Positions 19,193-29,360 of a DNA stretch of 64,000 nt are shown here, in pieces. This DNA is from an uncultured Lachnospiraceae bacterium (GTDB lineage: Bacteria; Bacillota; Clostridia; Lachnospirales; Lachnospiraceae), in the NCBI GenBank assembly GCA_947626715.1, contig CANQTG010000003.1:2707-66706 (forward strand). The letters run 5' to 3'. The first letter of the stretch is position 1. Each line of letters starts with the position of its first letter. Under the pieces are notes generated by a model, which had not been told where the DNA came from, did not search any database, and worked only from the letters and a program-made list of their open reading frames with translations. Position numbers and translations under genes: made by a program.

Positions 19193-20509
19193 TTACTCCC
19201 CGCGCAGGGACGCCGCGATCTCTTCGGCCGTCCTGCCCTCCGCCATCATCTCATAGATCCCCTCCGGCAGCCTGTCCCGCAGCGCGCTCCAATGCTCGTT
19301 TTCCGTCCGCAGCACCGCGTTTTCCATCTGCCTGCGGAAGACGTCCGTTTTCCCGTCCCCTTCTCCGGCGAGCCTTCTCTTGGTCGGCAGCACGCCGGTC
19401 TTTTCGCAAAACGCGCTCATGACCTGATCTCCCGCGCAGTAGCGCAGGAACTCCCGCGCGCCTTTGGTGTTCTTCCCTTTTAAGATCCCGATATTTTCCC
19501 CGCCGATCACCGTCTGCCGCCGCTCGTCCGCGGGCAGGAACGTCACGCCGTAGGAGATTCCCGCCTCCTCCAGCATAGGCAGGATCCACGGCCCGTTTTC
19601 CATCATGGCCGCCTCGCCCTGTATGAACTTGCGCGCCACATCGATCTGGGAATAATTGATACAGTTAGGATCCATGCCGCCGGAGGCGATCAGCCCGTAC
19701 AGGAAATCGTACGCCTTTGCCGTCCCGTCGCCGCCGATCTCCCGGATATCCTCGCCCGCCGACAAGATCCACGGCATGATCTGAAAGGCTCCCTGCTCGC
19801 CCGTGATCGCCGACATCAAAAAGCCGTATCTGCCGTCGCCGCTCAGAGCCTTCACCGCTTCCTGAAACTCCTGCCAGTTTTCCGGCGGCGCTATCCCTGC
19901 CTCCTGCAGCATTTCCGTATGATAGATCAGCGCCACGGTGTTGCAGTTGAGCGGCAGCCCGTACAGCTTCCCCTTATCGTATACCGTTCCTAACAGGGCG
20001 CTGTAATAGTCCTCGTAAAGGCGCAGCTCCCCTTCCATGTCCGTGATCTCTTCCAACAGCCCCGTCTTGATATAGTACGGCATATCGGGATTGTCCATGA
20101 TGACCAGATCCGGCATCGCGTTTTCCGTATAGCCGATCGAGAGCCGCTTGGAAAATTCCGTCATCGGCACATATTCCCACTCCAGCGTATAGGACTGCGA
20201 TACCGCGTTAAAGCCCTCCGTCAGCTCGTCCATCGCCTCCTGCTGCGCCGTCGTCTCGTAATAGCTCCAGATGACGAGCCGCTCCTTCTCCCGCGTCCCT
20301 GCGCCGCCGGATACGCCGTCCCCTGTATCCGCGCCGCCCAAAATACCGCTTCCCGCGCCCGCGCCGCCTGACCGATCAAAGCCGTCTGCCTCTCCTGCGC
20401 TTTCCAGCCCAGCGGATACGCCCGCCGTTTCGCCCGCCGGATACGCCGCGCAGCCTCCCGCGCAGAGCGCCGCCAGCAGCGCCGCCCCTGCCCTTATGAT
20501 CCGTTTCAT
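19193..20509 (-). CDS. Second extracellular solute-binding lipoprotein (paralogue of 17693-19024)
   Basis: Lipobox AGG-C; LVIWSYYET, PDLVIMDN, LYGLPLNCNTVALIY, GGENIG. Confidence 0.88.
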   Translation of the reverse strand: MKRIIRAGAALLAALCAGGCAAYPAGETAGVSAGLESAGEADGFDRSGGAGAGSGILGGADTGDGVSGGAGTREKERLVIWSYYETTAQQEAMDELTEGFNAVSQSYTLEWEYVPMTEFSKRLSIGYTENAMPDLVIMDNPDMPYYIKTGLLEEITDMEGELRLYEDYYSALLGTVYDKGKLYGLPLNCNTVALIYHTEMLQEAGIAPPENWQEFQEAVKALSGDGRYGFLMSAITGEQGAFQIMPWILSAGEDIREIGGDGTAKAYDFLYGLIASGGMDPNCINYSQIDVARKFIQGEAAMMENGPWILPMLEEAGISYGVTFLPADERRQTVIGGENIGILKGKNTKGAREFLRYCAGDQVMSAFCEKTGVLPTKRRLAGEGDGKTDVFRRQMENAVLRTENEHWSALRDRLPEGIYEMMAEGRTAEEIAASLRGE

Positions 20510-20521
20510 CTGACTCTCCCC

Positions 20522-22012
20522 TTACATCTGCCGGAACTCCCTCGGCGAAACTCCCACATTTTCCTTAAAGACCCTGTTAAAATATTTGGAATCCGAATAT
20601 CCTACCTCCTGCGCGATCTCATAGACCTTCTTATCCGTCCCCTTTAAAAGCCTTTTGGCATGGCTGAGCCTGAAATCCCGCAGAAACGCCGTAAAATTGA
20701 CCCCGACCTCCCGGTTGAACAGCGCGCTTAGATATTCCGGCGTCAGGTCGAGCATATCCGCGATCTCTTCCAAAGAGATATTTTCCGCGTAGTGCATTCG
20801 GATATAGGAGATTGCTTTCTTGATCGCGTAGTTGGAGATATCCTCCTTCTGCGCCGCCGCACCCTGCATGGCATGGAGGATCCCGTCTAGGATCCGGCGC
20901 ATTTCCCGGCGGGTGCAGGCGCGGTTCATCTTATCCGTATACTGCATGGGCTCCAGCTTTTCATAGACGCTGCGCTCCACGTCCTCCAAAAAGCCCATCA
21001 GCCTGTGCGTCAGCCGCAGATAGGCTTCCCTGATCTGCGGCGGCGCGTACTCCTTCTTTTCCAGATACGCGTGAAATTCCTGAAGATACCGCTCTGCGGA
21101 TTCCCCGTCCTCTTTGTAGACCGCCGTGCGGATCCTGCGCTCGAGCTCCTCAGGGTAGGAAAAGGGCTCCTCCGCAAAGGCCTGCGTTTCCTTCCCGCTC
21201 ACGATCCTGCCCGGATATCTCTCGCCGTACAGATACAGCGTCCGCAGCTTTTCCATCGTCTTATCCAGCCGCAGCCAGTCCTCCACCGGCGACTGCGCCC
21301 ATACCCATTTTTCCCCGCCGCGCTCTATGCTCCACGCCATCTCTTCCGTGAACGCCGCAAACGCCTCCAAAGGCAGCAGACAGACTAACTCCCTCGTTTC
21401 CTCAAAAAGGGCGCAGTGCATATCGGGAAAGCGCCGCTTTACCCTGCTGCCGCGCACAGCCTCCAGCATCTTCTTTCGCTCCTCAAAGAGCGTGTCCCAC
21501 CCGTATCCCGCCAGCAGGACATAGGCTTTCCCCGGATCCGTCAGCAGCTCCGCCCGTTCCGCTTCCAGCTCCTCGTCCTGCGCCGCCCCCTGCAGCCATC
21601 TCCAAAGGATCCGCTGGGAATTGCTGCTTTTGTTTTTTAATTCTTCCGCGAGCTTTCCCTGAATCTTTTCCAGCGCGCCTAAAATATCCTCAGGCGCCAG
21701 CGGCTTTAGGAGATAATCGTCCACGCCGAAGCCGATCGCTTTCTGCGCGTATTCAAACTCCGAATAGCCGCTTAAAATGATACTGTGCACATGCACATCT
21801 TTTTCATATAATTCTCCCAGCATTTCCAGACCGTCCATGACCGGCATTTTCACATCTGTGATGACCAGATCGGGGCTGACGTTCAGGATCATTTCCAGAC
21901 CCTCTTTTCCGTTCCGGGCCTCGCCCACGATCTCATTTTCCGTCTGCTTTGCGATCAGATTCGCCAGACCTCTCCTGATCTTGATCTCGTCCTCGACGAT
22001 CAGTATCCTCAT
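20522..22012 (-). CDS. YesN-type response regulator (REC + AraC HTH)
   Basis: LIVEDE, PDLVITDVKMP (phospho-Asp), C-terminal AraC double HTH. Confidence 0.93.
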   Translation of the reverse strand: MRILIVEDEIKIRRGLANLIAKQTENEIVGEARNGKEGLEMILNVSPDLVITDVKMPVMDGLEMLGELYEKDVHVHSIILSGYSEFEYAQKAIGFGVDDYLLKPLAPEDILGALEKIQGKLAEELKNKSSNSQRILWRWLQGAAQDEELEAERAELLTDPGKAYVLLAGYGWDTLFEERKKMLEAVRGSRVKRRFPDMHCALFEETRELVCLLPLEAFAAFTEEMAWSIERGGEKWVWAQSPVEDWLRLDKTMEKLRTLYLYGERYPGRIVSGKETQAFAEEPFSYPEELERRIRTAVYKEDGESAERYLQEFHAYLEKKEYAPPQIREAYLRLTHRLMGFLEDVERSVYEKLEPMQYTDKMNRACTRREMRRILDGILHAMQGAAAQKEDISNYAIKKAISYIRMHYAENISLEEIADMLDLTPEYLSALFNREVGVNFTAFLRDFRLSHAKRLLKGTDKKVYEIAQEVGYSDSKYFNRVFKENVGVSPREFRQM

Positions 22013-23804
22013 CCGTTTCCCTCCACTCCGCCGGGAGCCTGAGCATGATCACCGTCCCCATGTTCTCAATGCTCGTCACCTTCCACGAGGCGCGTTCCCC
22101 ATAATACATATCCATCCGCGAAAACGCGTTGTGCAGGCCGATGGCCGTCCCGTCGCCCCTGACCGCCCACGCCCTGTCATGGTAACGCTGCGCCTGCTCT
22201 CTGGGCATCCCGCGCCCGTTGTCCTCGATGGTGATATGCAGAAACTCCTTATCCTCCGACAGCGAAAGATCGACCCTGAGCATTCCCCCGCCTTCCATTT
22301 CCTTAAACCCGTGCAGGATCGCGTTTTCGATAAAGGGCTGCAGGAGCAGCTTATACACGAGGCAGTCCCCCGCCGCCTCGTCCATCGTGATCTCATAGGA
22401 AAAGATATTGTCAAAGCGCACCTTCTGCAGGCCGATATATTTTTCCAGCCAGTCCACCGCTGCTTCGGCCTTTACCCTCGTATTGCTCTTTCCGATACTG
22501 TAACGCAGTATGACCCCCAAATCTCGGAGCATTTTGCTGATCTCGTACTCTCCCCGGTCGATCGCCATCCAATTAATGGAATCCAGCGTATTATACAGAA
22601 AATGCGGATTGATCTGCGCCTCCAGCGCGGCGATCTCCGCATTTTTCTGCTGCGTCGTCGCTTCCTTTACCTCCTCGACCAGTGCGTTGACCCGTCCGGT
22701 CATCTGGTTAAAATTCCCCGCGATCCTGCCAAATTCGTCGTCGGAATGGATCGGCAGCATGACCTCCAGATTCCCCTCCGATACCTCCTGCATCCCTTCC
22801 ACCACATCGTTGACGGAGCGGTTGATCAGCCGCGCAAAATAGAGGATAAAGACGACGGCGATCCCAAGCGCCATACCGCCCACCAGCAGAAATATCATCT
22901 GCGTCCGGCGCACGTCCTCCAACATCGCGCCCAGCTCATAGACATTATAAAAGACCCAGCCGGTCCGCTCATCCTGATAGGCGTTGATCTGCGTCTGCCG
23001 CTCTCCCAGCAGGCCGCTCTCACGCACAAAGCGCGCGACGCTCTCCTCATCTTCGATCCTCCTGCCCGCAAATTCCTCGTCAGGATAGCTGATCACCGTT
23101 CCGTCCCCGGCCACGATGAAATTAAAGCCCGAATCCTCCGTCTCTCCCGTCGGATTGCAGATCAGATCCATATTGTCCTCGTTCACGCTGACTATAATGG
23201 TCGCGATACTTCCCCGATCCAGATTATTCAGATCGAAGATACGCTTGGAAATATGAAAATAATGCGAATACTGCTCTCCCTCTAGGAATTTCACCGTCGG
23301 GGTCAACACCATGCCCGCCTCTCCCTGCGCGTCGCGGTAGGGCGGGATCATACGCAGGTCGGGATAGCTGCGCCAGAGGTTATCGATCGCGGAGTCCGTC
23401 TGCGAATCATAGGCGACGCTTGTCCCGTTCGCGCATACCACCGTGATACAGCGTATCTCGCCTTCCATGTCGTTGTACTGCTTTAAACGTCTGTTTAAGC
23501 GGTTATAGGCGACGGCGTCGCCGCCCTTTTTCATCAGCGTCTTGACCGCCGCCGTCATTTCCTCGTCCTGACTCATCTGATAGAGCAGATTCGCATAGAT
23601 CTCCAGACTCATATTCGCGCGTTCCGCGATCTGCTGCAGATTGTCTCTCGTCACCTGATCCACCTTTTCGGTCAGCGCGCTTTCGTTTACCTTCGTAGAG
23701 ATCCCCCAGAGCAGCAGGATCGGCAAAAGGGAGCTGAAGCCGAATATGATAAACAGCTTTGTCTTCAGTTTACTGTTCCTGTAAAATGCGATCAGCCTTT
23801 TCAA
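21933..23804 (-). CDS. YesM/LytS-type sensor histidine kinase
   Basis: Two TM segments, Cache region, HAMP, ALEAQINPHFLYNTLDSI, LLQPFIENAILHG, DNGRG. Probable TTG start at 23804; the C-terminus overlaps the RR gene by 80 bp. Confidence 0.9.
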   Translation of the reverse strand: MKRLIAFYRNSKLKTKLFIIFGFSSLLPILLLWGISTKVNESALTEKVDQVTRDNLQQIAERANMSLEIYANLLYQMSQDEEMTAAVKTLMKKGGDAVAYNRLNRRLKQYNDMEGEIRCITVVCANGTSVAYDSQTDSAIDNLWRSYPDLRMIPPYRDAQGEAGMVLTPTVKFLEGEQYSHYFHISKRIFDLNNLDRGSIATIIVSVNEDNMDLICNPTGETEDSGFNFIVAGDGTVISYPDEEFAGRRIEDEESVARFVRESGLLGERQTQINAYQDERTGWVFYNVYELGAMLEDVRRTQMIFLLVGGMALGIAVVFILYFARLINRSVNDVVEGMQEVSEGNLEVMLPIHSDDEFGRIAGNFNQMTGRVNALVEEVKEATTQQKNAEIAALEAQINPHFLYNTLDSINWMAIDRGEYEISKMLRDLGVILRYSIGKSNTRVKAEAAVDWLEKYIGLQKVRFDNIFSYEITMDEAAGDCLVYKLLLQPFIENAILHGFKEMEGGGMLRVDLSLSEDKEFLHITIEDNGRGMPREQAQRYHDRAWAVRGDGTAIGLHNAFSRMDMYYGERASWKVTSIENMGTVIMLRLPAEWRETDEDTDRRGRDQDQERSGESDRKADGK

Positions 23805-23820
23805 CCTTATCTCCCCATCG

Positions 23821-24339
23821 TCACAGCTCGATCCCGATCCTTGCGGGGACGCCCCGCTCATAAGGGTGGCGCTCGCAGCACAGCCGCGTGATATAATCGC
23901 TTCTCTCCCGCAGCCATTTCGAGGCTTCTCTCCCCGTCAGCAGCACCTCCGTTTCCCTTCCCCTCCCCAGCGAAAGGATCCGTTCCAGCCTGCTCTCGTC
24001 TAACAGCGCGTATCTGTGCGCATGGACGGCCTCGTCCAACACAACAAAATCCGCCTCTTTCTTTTCAAGCGCCTCCCAGACCTGATCGAGCATACGGTCA
24101 TGCAGCGCCTTCTGCTCCCGTTTTTCCGCCTCCGTCATTTGGGAAAAAAAGGGGAAATCCTTTTGCAGACAGATGAGCCGGATCCCCTGTATCCGGGAGA
24201 GCGCGGAGAGCTCCCCGCTCTCTCTCCCCTTCATGAATCTGGCGAATATCACCCGCCGCCCCCGGCCCGCGGCCCGCACCGCCGCGCCTACGGCCGCCGT
24301 CGTTTTGCCTTTTCCGTCTCCATGATATAGCTGTACCAT
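23821..24339 (-). CDS. cobO: Cob(I)yrinic acid a,c-diamide adenosyltransferase (CobO/BtuR family)
   Basis: YHGDGKGKTTAAVG P-loop, FMKG, VLDE, LTGR, HPYERGVPARIGIE. Confidence 0.88.
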   Translation of the reverse strand: MVQLYHGDGKGKTTAAVGAAVRAAGRGRRVIFARFMKGRESGELSALSRIQGIRLICLQKDFPFFSQMTEAEKREQKALHDRMLDQVWEALEKKEADFVVLDEAVHAHRYALLDESRLERILSLGRGRETEVLLTGREASKWLRERSDYITRLCCERHPYERGVPARIGIEL

Positions 24340-24373
24340 TTGGGACTCCTCTCGTTCCTATCCTCTAAGCGCC

Positions 24374-24739
24374 CTATTCCTCAATATGCTCCATTCCCTG
24401 ACTCAAGATCGTGGAAATATGCCCGTCCGACAGGGAATAAAATACCGTCTTGCCCTCGCGCCGGTTCTTTACCAGCGCCATCTGCTTTAAAAGGCTCAGC
24501 TGATGGGAGATCGCGGACTGCGTCATGTTCAGGATCTGCGCAAGATCGCATACGCACATTTCCGAACACAGCAGGGCGTACAGGATACGGATCCGCGTCA
24601 CGTCCCCAAAGACCTTAAAGAACGCCGCCAGATCATTTAACCGCCCCTCCTCCGGGATCTCGCCTACTATCTTTTCCCGCAGCTTTTCATGCACATGGAG
24701 GCATTCGCACCGTTCCGCCTCCGCTAGTCCTTCCTGCAA
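24374..24739 (-). CDS. ArsR/SmtB family metalloregulator (CadC/SmtB-like)
   Basis: EMCVCD alpha3 site; alpha5 D-x-H-x10-H-x2-E (DGHISTILSQGMEHIEE); SAISHQL HTH; TTG start with RBS. Confidence 0.92.
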   Translation of the reverse strand: MQEGLAEAERCECLHVHEKLREKIVGEIPEEGRLNDLAAFFKVFGDVTRIRILYALLCSEMCVCDLAQILNMTQSAISHQLSLLKQMALVKNRREGKTVFYSLSDGHISTILSQGMEHIEE

Positions 24740-24764
24740 TCGGATCCCTCCCTTTCTGATCGCG

Positions 24765-24813
24765 TGAATATCTGTTCATGTGTTCATTGTATCAGGCGCG
24801 CCCGGTTTGTCAA
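24765..24813 (-). promoter_or_regulatory. ArsR promoter with SmtB/CadC-type operator
   Basis: Minus strand TTGACA, 16 bp, TACAAT with TG extension. Operator TGAATA-TC-TGTTCA (24765-24778) lies just downstream of the -10. Confidence 0.7.
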
Positions 24814-25118
24814 GCGTCCCGCCCCGCCGACCGGGCAGGGACTCATAGCGGCAAAGCAAGCGCCCGCGGCGGGCAGGGCAGCGATTCGTGGCAAATGCAG
24901 AAATCACTCACAACGGGCATAGCAAACGCTCGGTTACAAACGCGGAAAACGCCTAACGAATGCAACAAAAAGAGCCGCAGACGCCGCCTCTTTTAGGCCG
25001 CTTCCTGCAGCTCCCATATTACAATCTTTATCGCTTTTTCTATCGTTCTTTCTGGCGCTTCGGCTTTCATGGGCCGGGCGTTCGCGCCTCTGACGGACGG
25101 CTTATCCCGACTTATCCT

Positions 25119-26690
25119 TTACAGGAGCGGTGCAAAGACCTTCATCACAAAGCCTGTCAGCTTACAGCTCAGCTTCTCCCGGCGCACGCTTTCCCTCGTG
25201 ACCTCCCTGCACTTTGACAGCGTTTCCTCAAAATCCGCCTCGATATCCGGGATACAATCCGCCCGGTACAGGTACGCCGCGCATTCAAAGTGATGCGAAA
25301 GGCTCCGGTAATCCAGATTGATCGTGCCGACGGATGCGCGCATATCGTCGCTGACAAAAACCTTCGCATGTACGAAGCCCGGCGTATATTCATAGATCTT
25401 CACGCCGGAATCCAGAAGCGCCTTATAATGCGACTTCGCGAGTGCATAGGGCACGGCCTTGTCGGGGATCCCCGGCAGGATCAGCTTCACATCGACGCCC
25501 TTTTCCGCCGCGAAGCGCAGCGCCGTCTCGATCGCGCTGTCTAGGATCAGGTAAGGCGTCATGATGTGCACGTACCGCTCGGCGCGGTTTAGGATATCCA
25601 TGTAGACCCGCTCGCCCACCTTGTCATGGTCTAACGGACAGTCCCCGAACGGGATCACATAGCCGTTTCCCTTCGTATCCGGCGCAGGCGGCGTCAGGTA
25701 TCTTTCAAACTCAGGCTGCCTCTCCGTCACGTTCCACATCTGTAAAAACATCAGGGCAAAGCTCTTGGCCGCCTCGCCCTTTACCATCACGGCGACGTCC
25801 TTCCAATGGCCAAAGCGCTGCACGTGATTGATATACTCGTCCGCAAGGTTCACGCCGCCCGTAAACGCGGTATGGCCGTCGATTACCAGTATCTTGCGGT
25901 GGTCGCGGTAATTATAATGCGTCGATAGAAAGGGCGTGAGCGGCGCGAACACCTTACACGAGATCCCCAGCGCGCGCAGCTTCTGCGGATAGCTCGAGGG
26001 AAGCAGGGCAAATTCGCAGGTGCCGTCGTACATGACCCGCACCTCGACGCCCTCCTTTGCCTTCCGCGTCAAAATCTCCAGAATCTTTCCCCACATCACG
26101 CCCTCTTCAATGATGAAATACTCCATGAAGATATAGCGCGACGCTTTCTCGAGCTGGCGCAGCATTTCCTCAAATTTATCCTCGCCCAGCGGGAAATATT
26201 CCGTCTGCGCGCCGCGATAGGCCGGAAAACAGCCGCTCCGGTGGATATAATGCGCCAGCGCAGCCTCTTTGGGATCCTCCGCGCGCAGCGCCTCCATGAC
26301 CCCCGGATCCTGCGGCAGCGCCTCTAGGGTATCCGAAAGGAGCTCTGCCAGCCGCTTTTTTAATTTGATATGCCCCGCCTCGCTCATCGTATAGCCGTAC
26401 AGGAGCAGGCCGGGCACCGGCGCGAGCATAACGATAAACAGCCACGTGATCTTGGCGGACGGCGAGATATCGCTGTTGATCAGGTACAGTACCATAATCA
26501 GGGAAAATACCGCCGCGCCGCCTAAGATATGCGGCAGAAGCTGTTCAAACCATACGAACAGCGAAAACAAAAGCCCTGCCTGAAGAAGAAGGAGGAGCAG
26601 GAAGATCCCCATTCTGCTGAATATCATGCGCAGGAGCCCCCGCTTCCCCTTTTTCAGAAGTCTCATGCCGCCGTTTTCAGACGTTTCCAT
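25119..26690 (-). CDS. cls: Cardiolipin synthase
   Basis: Two HKD motifs (HRKILVIDG, HAKVFVSD); N-terminal TM segments and PLD_N region. Confidence 0.93.
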   Translation of the reverse strand: METSENGGMRLLKKGKRGLLRMIFSRMGIFLLLLLLQAGLLFSLFVWFEQLLPHILGGAAVFSLIMVLYLINSDISPSAKITWLFIVMLAPVPGLLLYGYTMSEAGHIKLKKRLAELLSDTLEALPQDPGVMEALRAEDPKEAALAHYIHRSGCFPAYRGAQTEYFPLGEDKFEEMLRQLEKASRYIFMEYFIIEEGVMWGKILEILTRKAKEGVEVRVMYDGTCEFALLPSSYPQKLRALGISCKVFAPLTPFLSTHYNYRDHRKILVIDGHTAFTGGVNLADEYINHVQRFGHWKDVAVMVKGEAAKSFALMFLQMWNVTERQPEFERYLTPPAPDTKGNGYVIPFGDCPLDHDKVGERVYMDILNRAERYVHIMTPYLILDSAIETALRFAAEKGVDVKLILPGIPDKAVPYALAKSHYKALLDSGVKIYEYTPGFVHAKVFVSDDMRASVGTINLDYRSLSHHFECAAYLYRADCIPDIEADFEETLSKCREVTRESVRREKLSCKLTGFVMKVFAPLL

Positions 26691-26747
26691 TCCGTTCCCT
26701 CGTTTCCCGTCATCTTTAGATTCAAGACTCGCTTACATTCGCCCTTT

Positions 26748-27542
26748 TTACATGGCGATCGGAGCCTGCGCCTCCTGCTCCCTCAGCTTTTTCATTGCCA
26801 TCACAAGGATAAACAGCGAAAGGCCGAAATTGATCACCCAGAAAAACGGGATCTGGAACGGCAGGAAGGACACGACGGCCTTGATCAGCAGCGACAGCGT
26901 CCTGCTGTAAACGCCCATCAGGTACAGCTTCCCAAAAGTGATCTGATATTTCATGCAGGACGCCGCGATCATTCCCAGCAGGGCGACAAAGAGCACCCCA
27001 AAGAAAAACAGCGCCGTGATCCAGATATACAGAAGCCCCAGCAGCACATAATACAGCGCGAGGAACCACGGAAGGAGCCCTTCGATATCCTTCCGCTCAA
27101 AGTCGATATCCAGATTGGAAAAATACAGGATATTGACGTCCCCGTTCTCATCCTTTACGATCGCCTTTTCCGAATCCATGAGGATCGCCTGACGATAACC
27201 GCCAAAAGCCGCCGTTACCTCGGACTCATCCGTATACGGCAGAGAAAAACCGGGCGTCGTATTGATATACAGGTAATTGGAGTCCGTATCCACTTCAAAG
27301 GTATCCTCCATCCACAATACGCCGTCCTCCAGTTTAAAATTCGGCACCTCTGCCCGGATAGTCTCTACCATCTGACTGGTCGAGCCCATATTGACCACGC
27401 CCGGTATCAGATAGACGATCAGGAAATAGAGCAGCATGAGCAGGACGCCGAATCCAAACACCTTGCTCTTTTTGTTTTTCAAGAACTGCCCATAGCTTCC
27501 ATAACTGTATATGGACAAAGCCATCTCTTTAAATATGTTCAT
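26748..27542 (-). CDS. DUF1189-like membrane protein
   Basis: N-terminal TM, soluble loop PNFKLEDGVL, three to four C-terminal TMs with ...LYLMGVYSRTL. Confidence 0.7.
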   Translation of the reverse strand: MNIFKEMALSIYSYGSYGQFLKNKKSKVFGFGVLLMLLYFLIVYLIPGVVNMGSTSQMVETIRAEVPNFKLEDGVLWMEDTFEVDTDSNYLYINTTPGFSLPYTDESEVTAAFGGYRQAILMDSEKAIVKDENGDVNILYFSNLDIDFERKDIEGLLPWFLALYYVLLGLLYIWITALFFFGVLFVALLGMIAASCMKYQITFGKLYLMGVYSRTLSLLIKAVVSFLPFQIPFFWVINFGLSLFILVMAMKKLREQEAQAPIAM

Positions 27543-27684
27543 GTAAATCTCCTCCTTTGCGGAATTATAGTTTGAAGTTTACTATACCATGACTTCCTGA
27601 TAATTGCAAGCACAGACAGCCCCCTTCCGCGCAGGATTCGCCCTGCGGCATAAAGCCGCCCTATTACGCAGAGCCGAAGGCATC

Positions 27685-28488
27685 TTACGGGCGGTATCTG
27701 CCAAGCAGATTCCAAAACAATATCTTGAGCAGCTTTGCATTCCCTCTGAAAAACGATATTTTCGTCGGTATTTTCCCATCTTTCGGATACGCCCTCGTCA
27801 CCGGGATCTCACAGCTCCGCATTCCGAGCTGCGGCGCTCGGACCGATAGATAAGCCAATAATTCGTAGCCGCTGAAAATATCCCGGAATATAGCGACACG
27901 CTTATCTAAAATATAGCGTTTTGAATATCCCCGAAACCCATTCGTCGTATCGGTAAACCATTTTCCAGCCGTCAACGAGATAAGCGGCGCATGGAAAAAG
28001 CGGATCGCGGCATAGCGCAGAAGCGGCGTGCGGACAGCCCTTCCTCCGGCTACAAAGCGCGAACCCTGCACCAGATCATATCCCTCCTCAAGCTTTTGGA
28101 TAAAATCCGGTACATCTTCAATACTGTCCTTATTATTTCCATCTATTGTAACAAATCCCTGATAACCCCTTTTACAGGCCCACCAAAATCCCATACGCAG
28201 CTGCGCGCCCTGTTTCCCTTTCCCTTCTTTGATCAGAAGCGTATTCACATGGAGCGGTTTTAATTTCCCGCTTTCCATGCTTCCGTCCACAGAGCCGCCG
28301 TCACAGATAACAATATCCGCCTTTTCCCATATCTTGGCCGTATCCGCTCTTCTCAGCAGCGCGCCAATACGTTCCCCTTCATTGATTACCGGGATCAAGA
28401 CGCAGTATCTGCATTGCTTCTCCTGATATTCCCTGCACATAAAGGCGGGAACCCCTTCCCTCCCGTTATAACAGCTTTCTCTCAGCAT
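27685..28488 (-). CDS. GT2 glycosyltransferase, DPM1-like polyprenol-phosphate sugar synthase
   Basis: LIPVINEG, DGGSVDGS, TIDGNNKD (DxD variant), VQGSRF, DTTNGFRGY; no TM. Start at 28488 (RBS AAGGAGG). Confidence 0.88.
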   Translation of the reverse strand: MLRESCYNGREGVPAFMCREYQEKQCRYCVLIPVINEGERIGALLRRADTAKIWEKADIVICDGGSVDGSMESGKLKPLHVNTLLIKEGKGKQGAQLRMGFWWACKRGYQGFVTIDGNNKDSIEDVPDFIQKLEEGYDLVQGSRFVAGGRAVRTPLLRYAAIRFFHAPLISLTAGKWFTDTTNGFRGYSKRYILDKRVAIFRDIFSGYELLAYLSVRAPQLGMRSCEIPVTRAYPKDGKIPTKISFFRGNAKLLKILFWNLLGRYRP

Positions 28489-28523
28489 TTTTCCTCCTTT
28501 TAAGACTCGCTCGCATTCGATAG

Positions 28524-29360
28524 TCACCTTCCATCTGCTATAAGGCGCTTTACATAAGATACTGCGGACTTTACCGCCTCCACGTCCGCGCTCCCTTTCA
28601 TTTCTATGGATATATAACCGCCATAATTCCTCGATCTCAGCATATCCGCAATTTCCCTATGGATTCCCCGCGCTTTTATCGCCGCCAGTTCCGGCTCGCT
28701 GATATGCACATGATGAATCCATTCCGCCGTTTCGTCATTTCTTATCCACTTGCAATCCTCCCGATTGATTAAGATTGTCCCGATATCCAGATTCAAGCCA
28801 AGTCCATGCAGGATCCTATCGCCTTGAATATCCTGCAGCCTTTTTAAAAAGGAGATCGCCTCCTGCGTCGTATTTAAAAAATCCGTCCCGTATACCGGAG
28901 GATTTGCTTCCAGCGCCAAAACCGTATCATTCGCAGCCGCATATTCTCCCAGCTCCGCAAAAAATTCCAGCGCGCTAGGCAGAGCCTGTTCTTTCTTTTT
29001 CCCCTCTCCCAGTCTGCGGTTTTTAGGACAGCCGAATACGATATTGCCGCAGCCCGCCTCCCGCGCAAAACAGATCGCTTTTTTCGTATATTCCCGCAGC
29101 GTCTCCCTTTCCTGTGAGGAGACAAACATATTTTCCTTTCTTCCGAACCAGACGGACTGCATGGATACGATCGAAAGTCCATACATTTCCCACAATCTCT
29201 TTCTGTACGCGCGGACTTTCTTTAAGTCCTCGTAAGGCGTTTCTCCAAAAAGACGGGAAGGCGCGATCTCCAAGCCGTCCACGCCGCTCTGCTCTAAGAA
29301 GCGGTATACCTCTTCATCCCTTTCTTTTTGCCACGCAAGATTAGAAACGCTGCATTTCAT
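28524..29360 (-). CDS. Sugar phosphate isomerase/epimerase (AP-endonuclease-2 TIM barrel)
   Basis: GLEIAP, SMQS, VFGCPKNR, LEANP, LNLDIG, HHVHISEP, SIEM metal-ligand pattern. Confidence 0.85.
   Translation of the reverse strand: MKCSVSNLAWQKERDEEVYRFLEQSGVDGLEIAPSRLFGETPYEDLKKVRAYRKRLWEMYGLSIVSMQSVWFGRKENMFVSSQERETLREYTKKAICFAREAGCGNIVFGCPKNRRLGEGKKKEQALPSALEFFAELGEYAAANDTVLALEANPPVYGTDFLNTTQEAISFLKRLQDIQGDRILHGLGLNLDIGTILINREDCKWIRNDETAEWIHHVHISEPELAAIKARGIHREIADMLRSRNYGGYISIEMKGSADVEAVKSAVSYVKRLIADGR

Noticed and set aside
21777-23285. 502-aa plus-strand ORF
   Set aside because: Antisense to the histidine kinase; H/R/I-rich composition typical of shadow ORFs in GC-rich genes.
24814-25118. 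Possible cobalamin riboswitch upstream of arsR-cobO
   Set aside because: No B12-box or other conserved core on either strand; only a terminator-like stem and GC-rich filler.
26529-27575. 348-aa plus-strand ORF
   Set aside because: Antisense to DUF1189 and cls; no recognisable domain.
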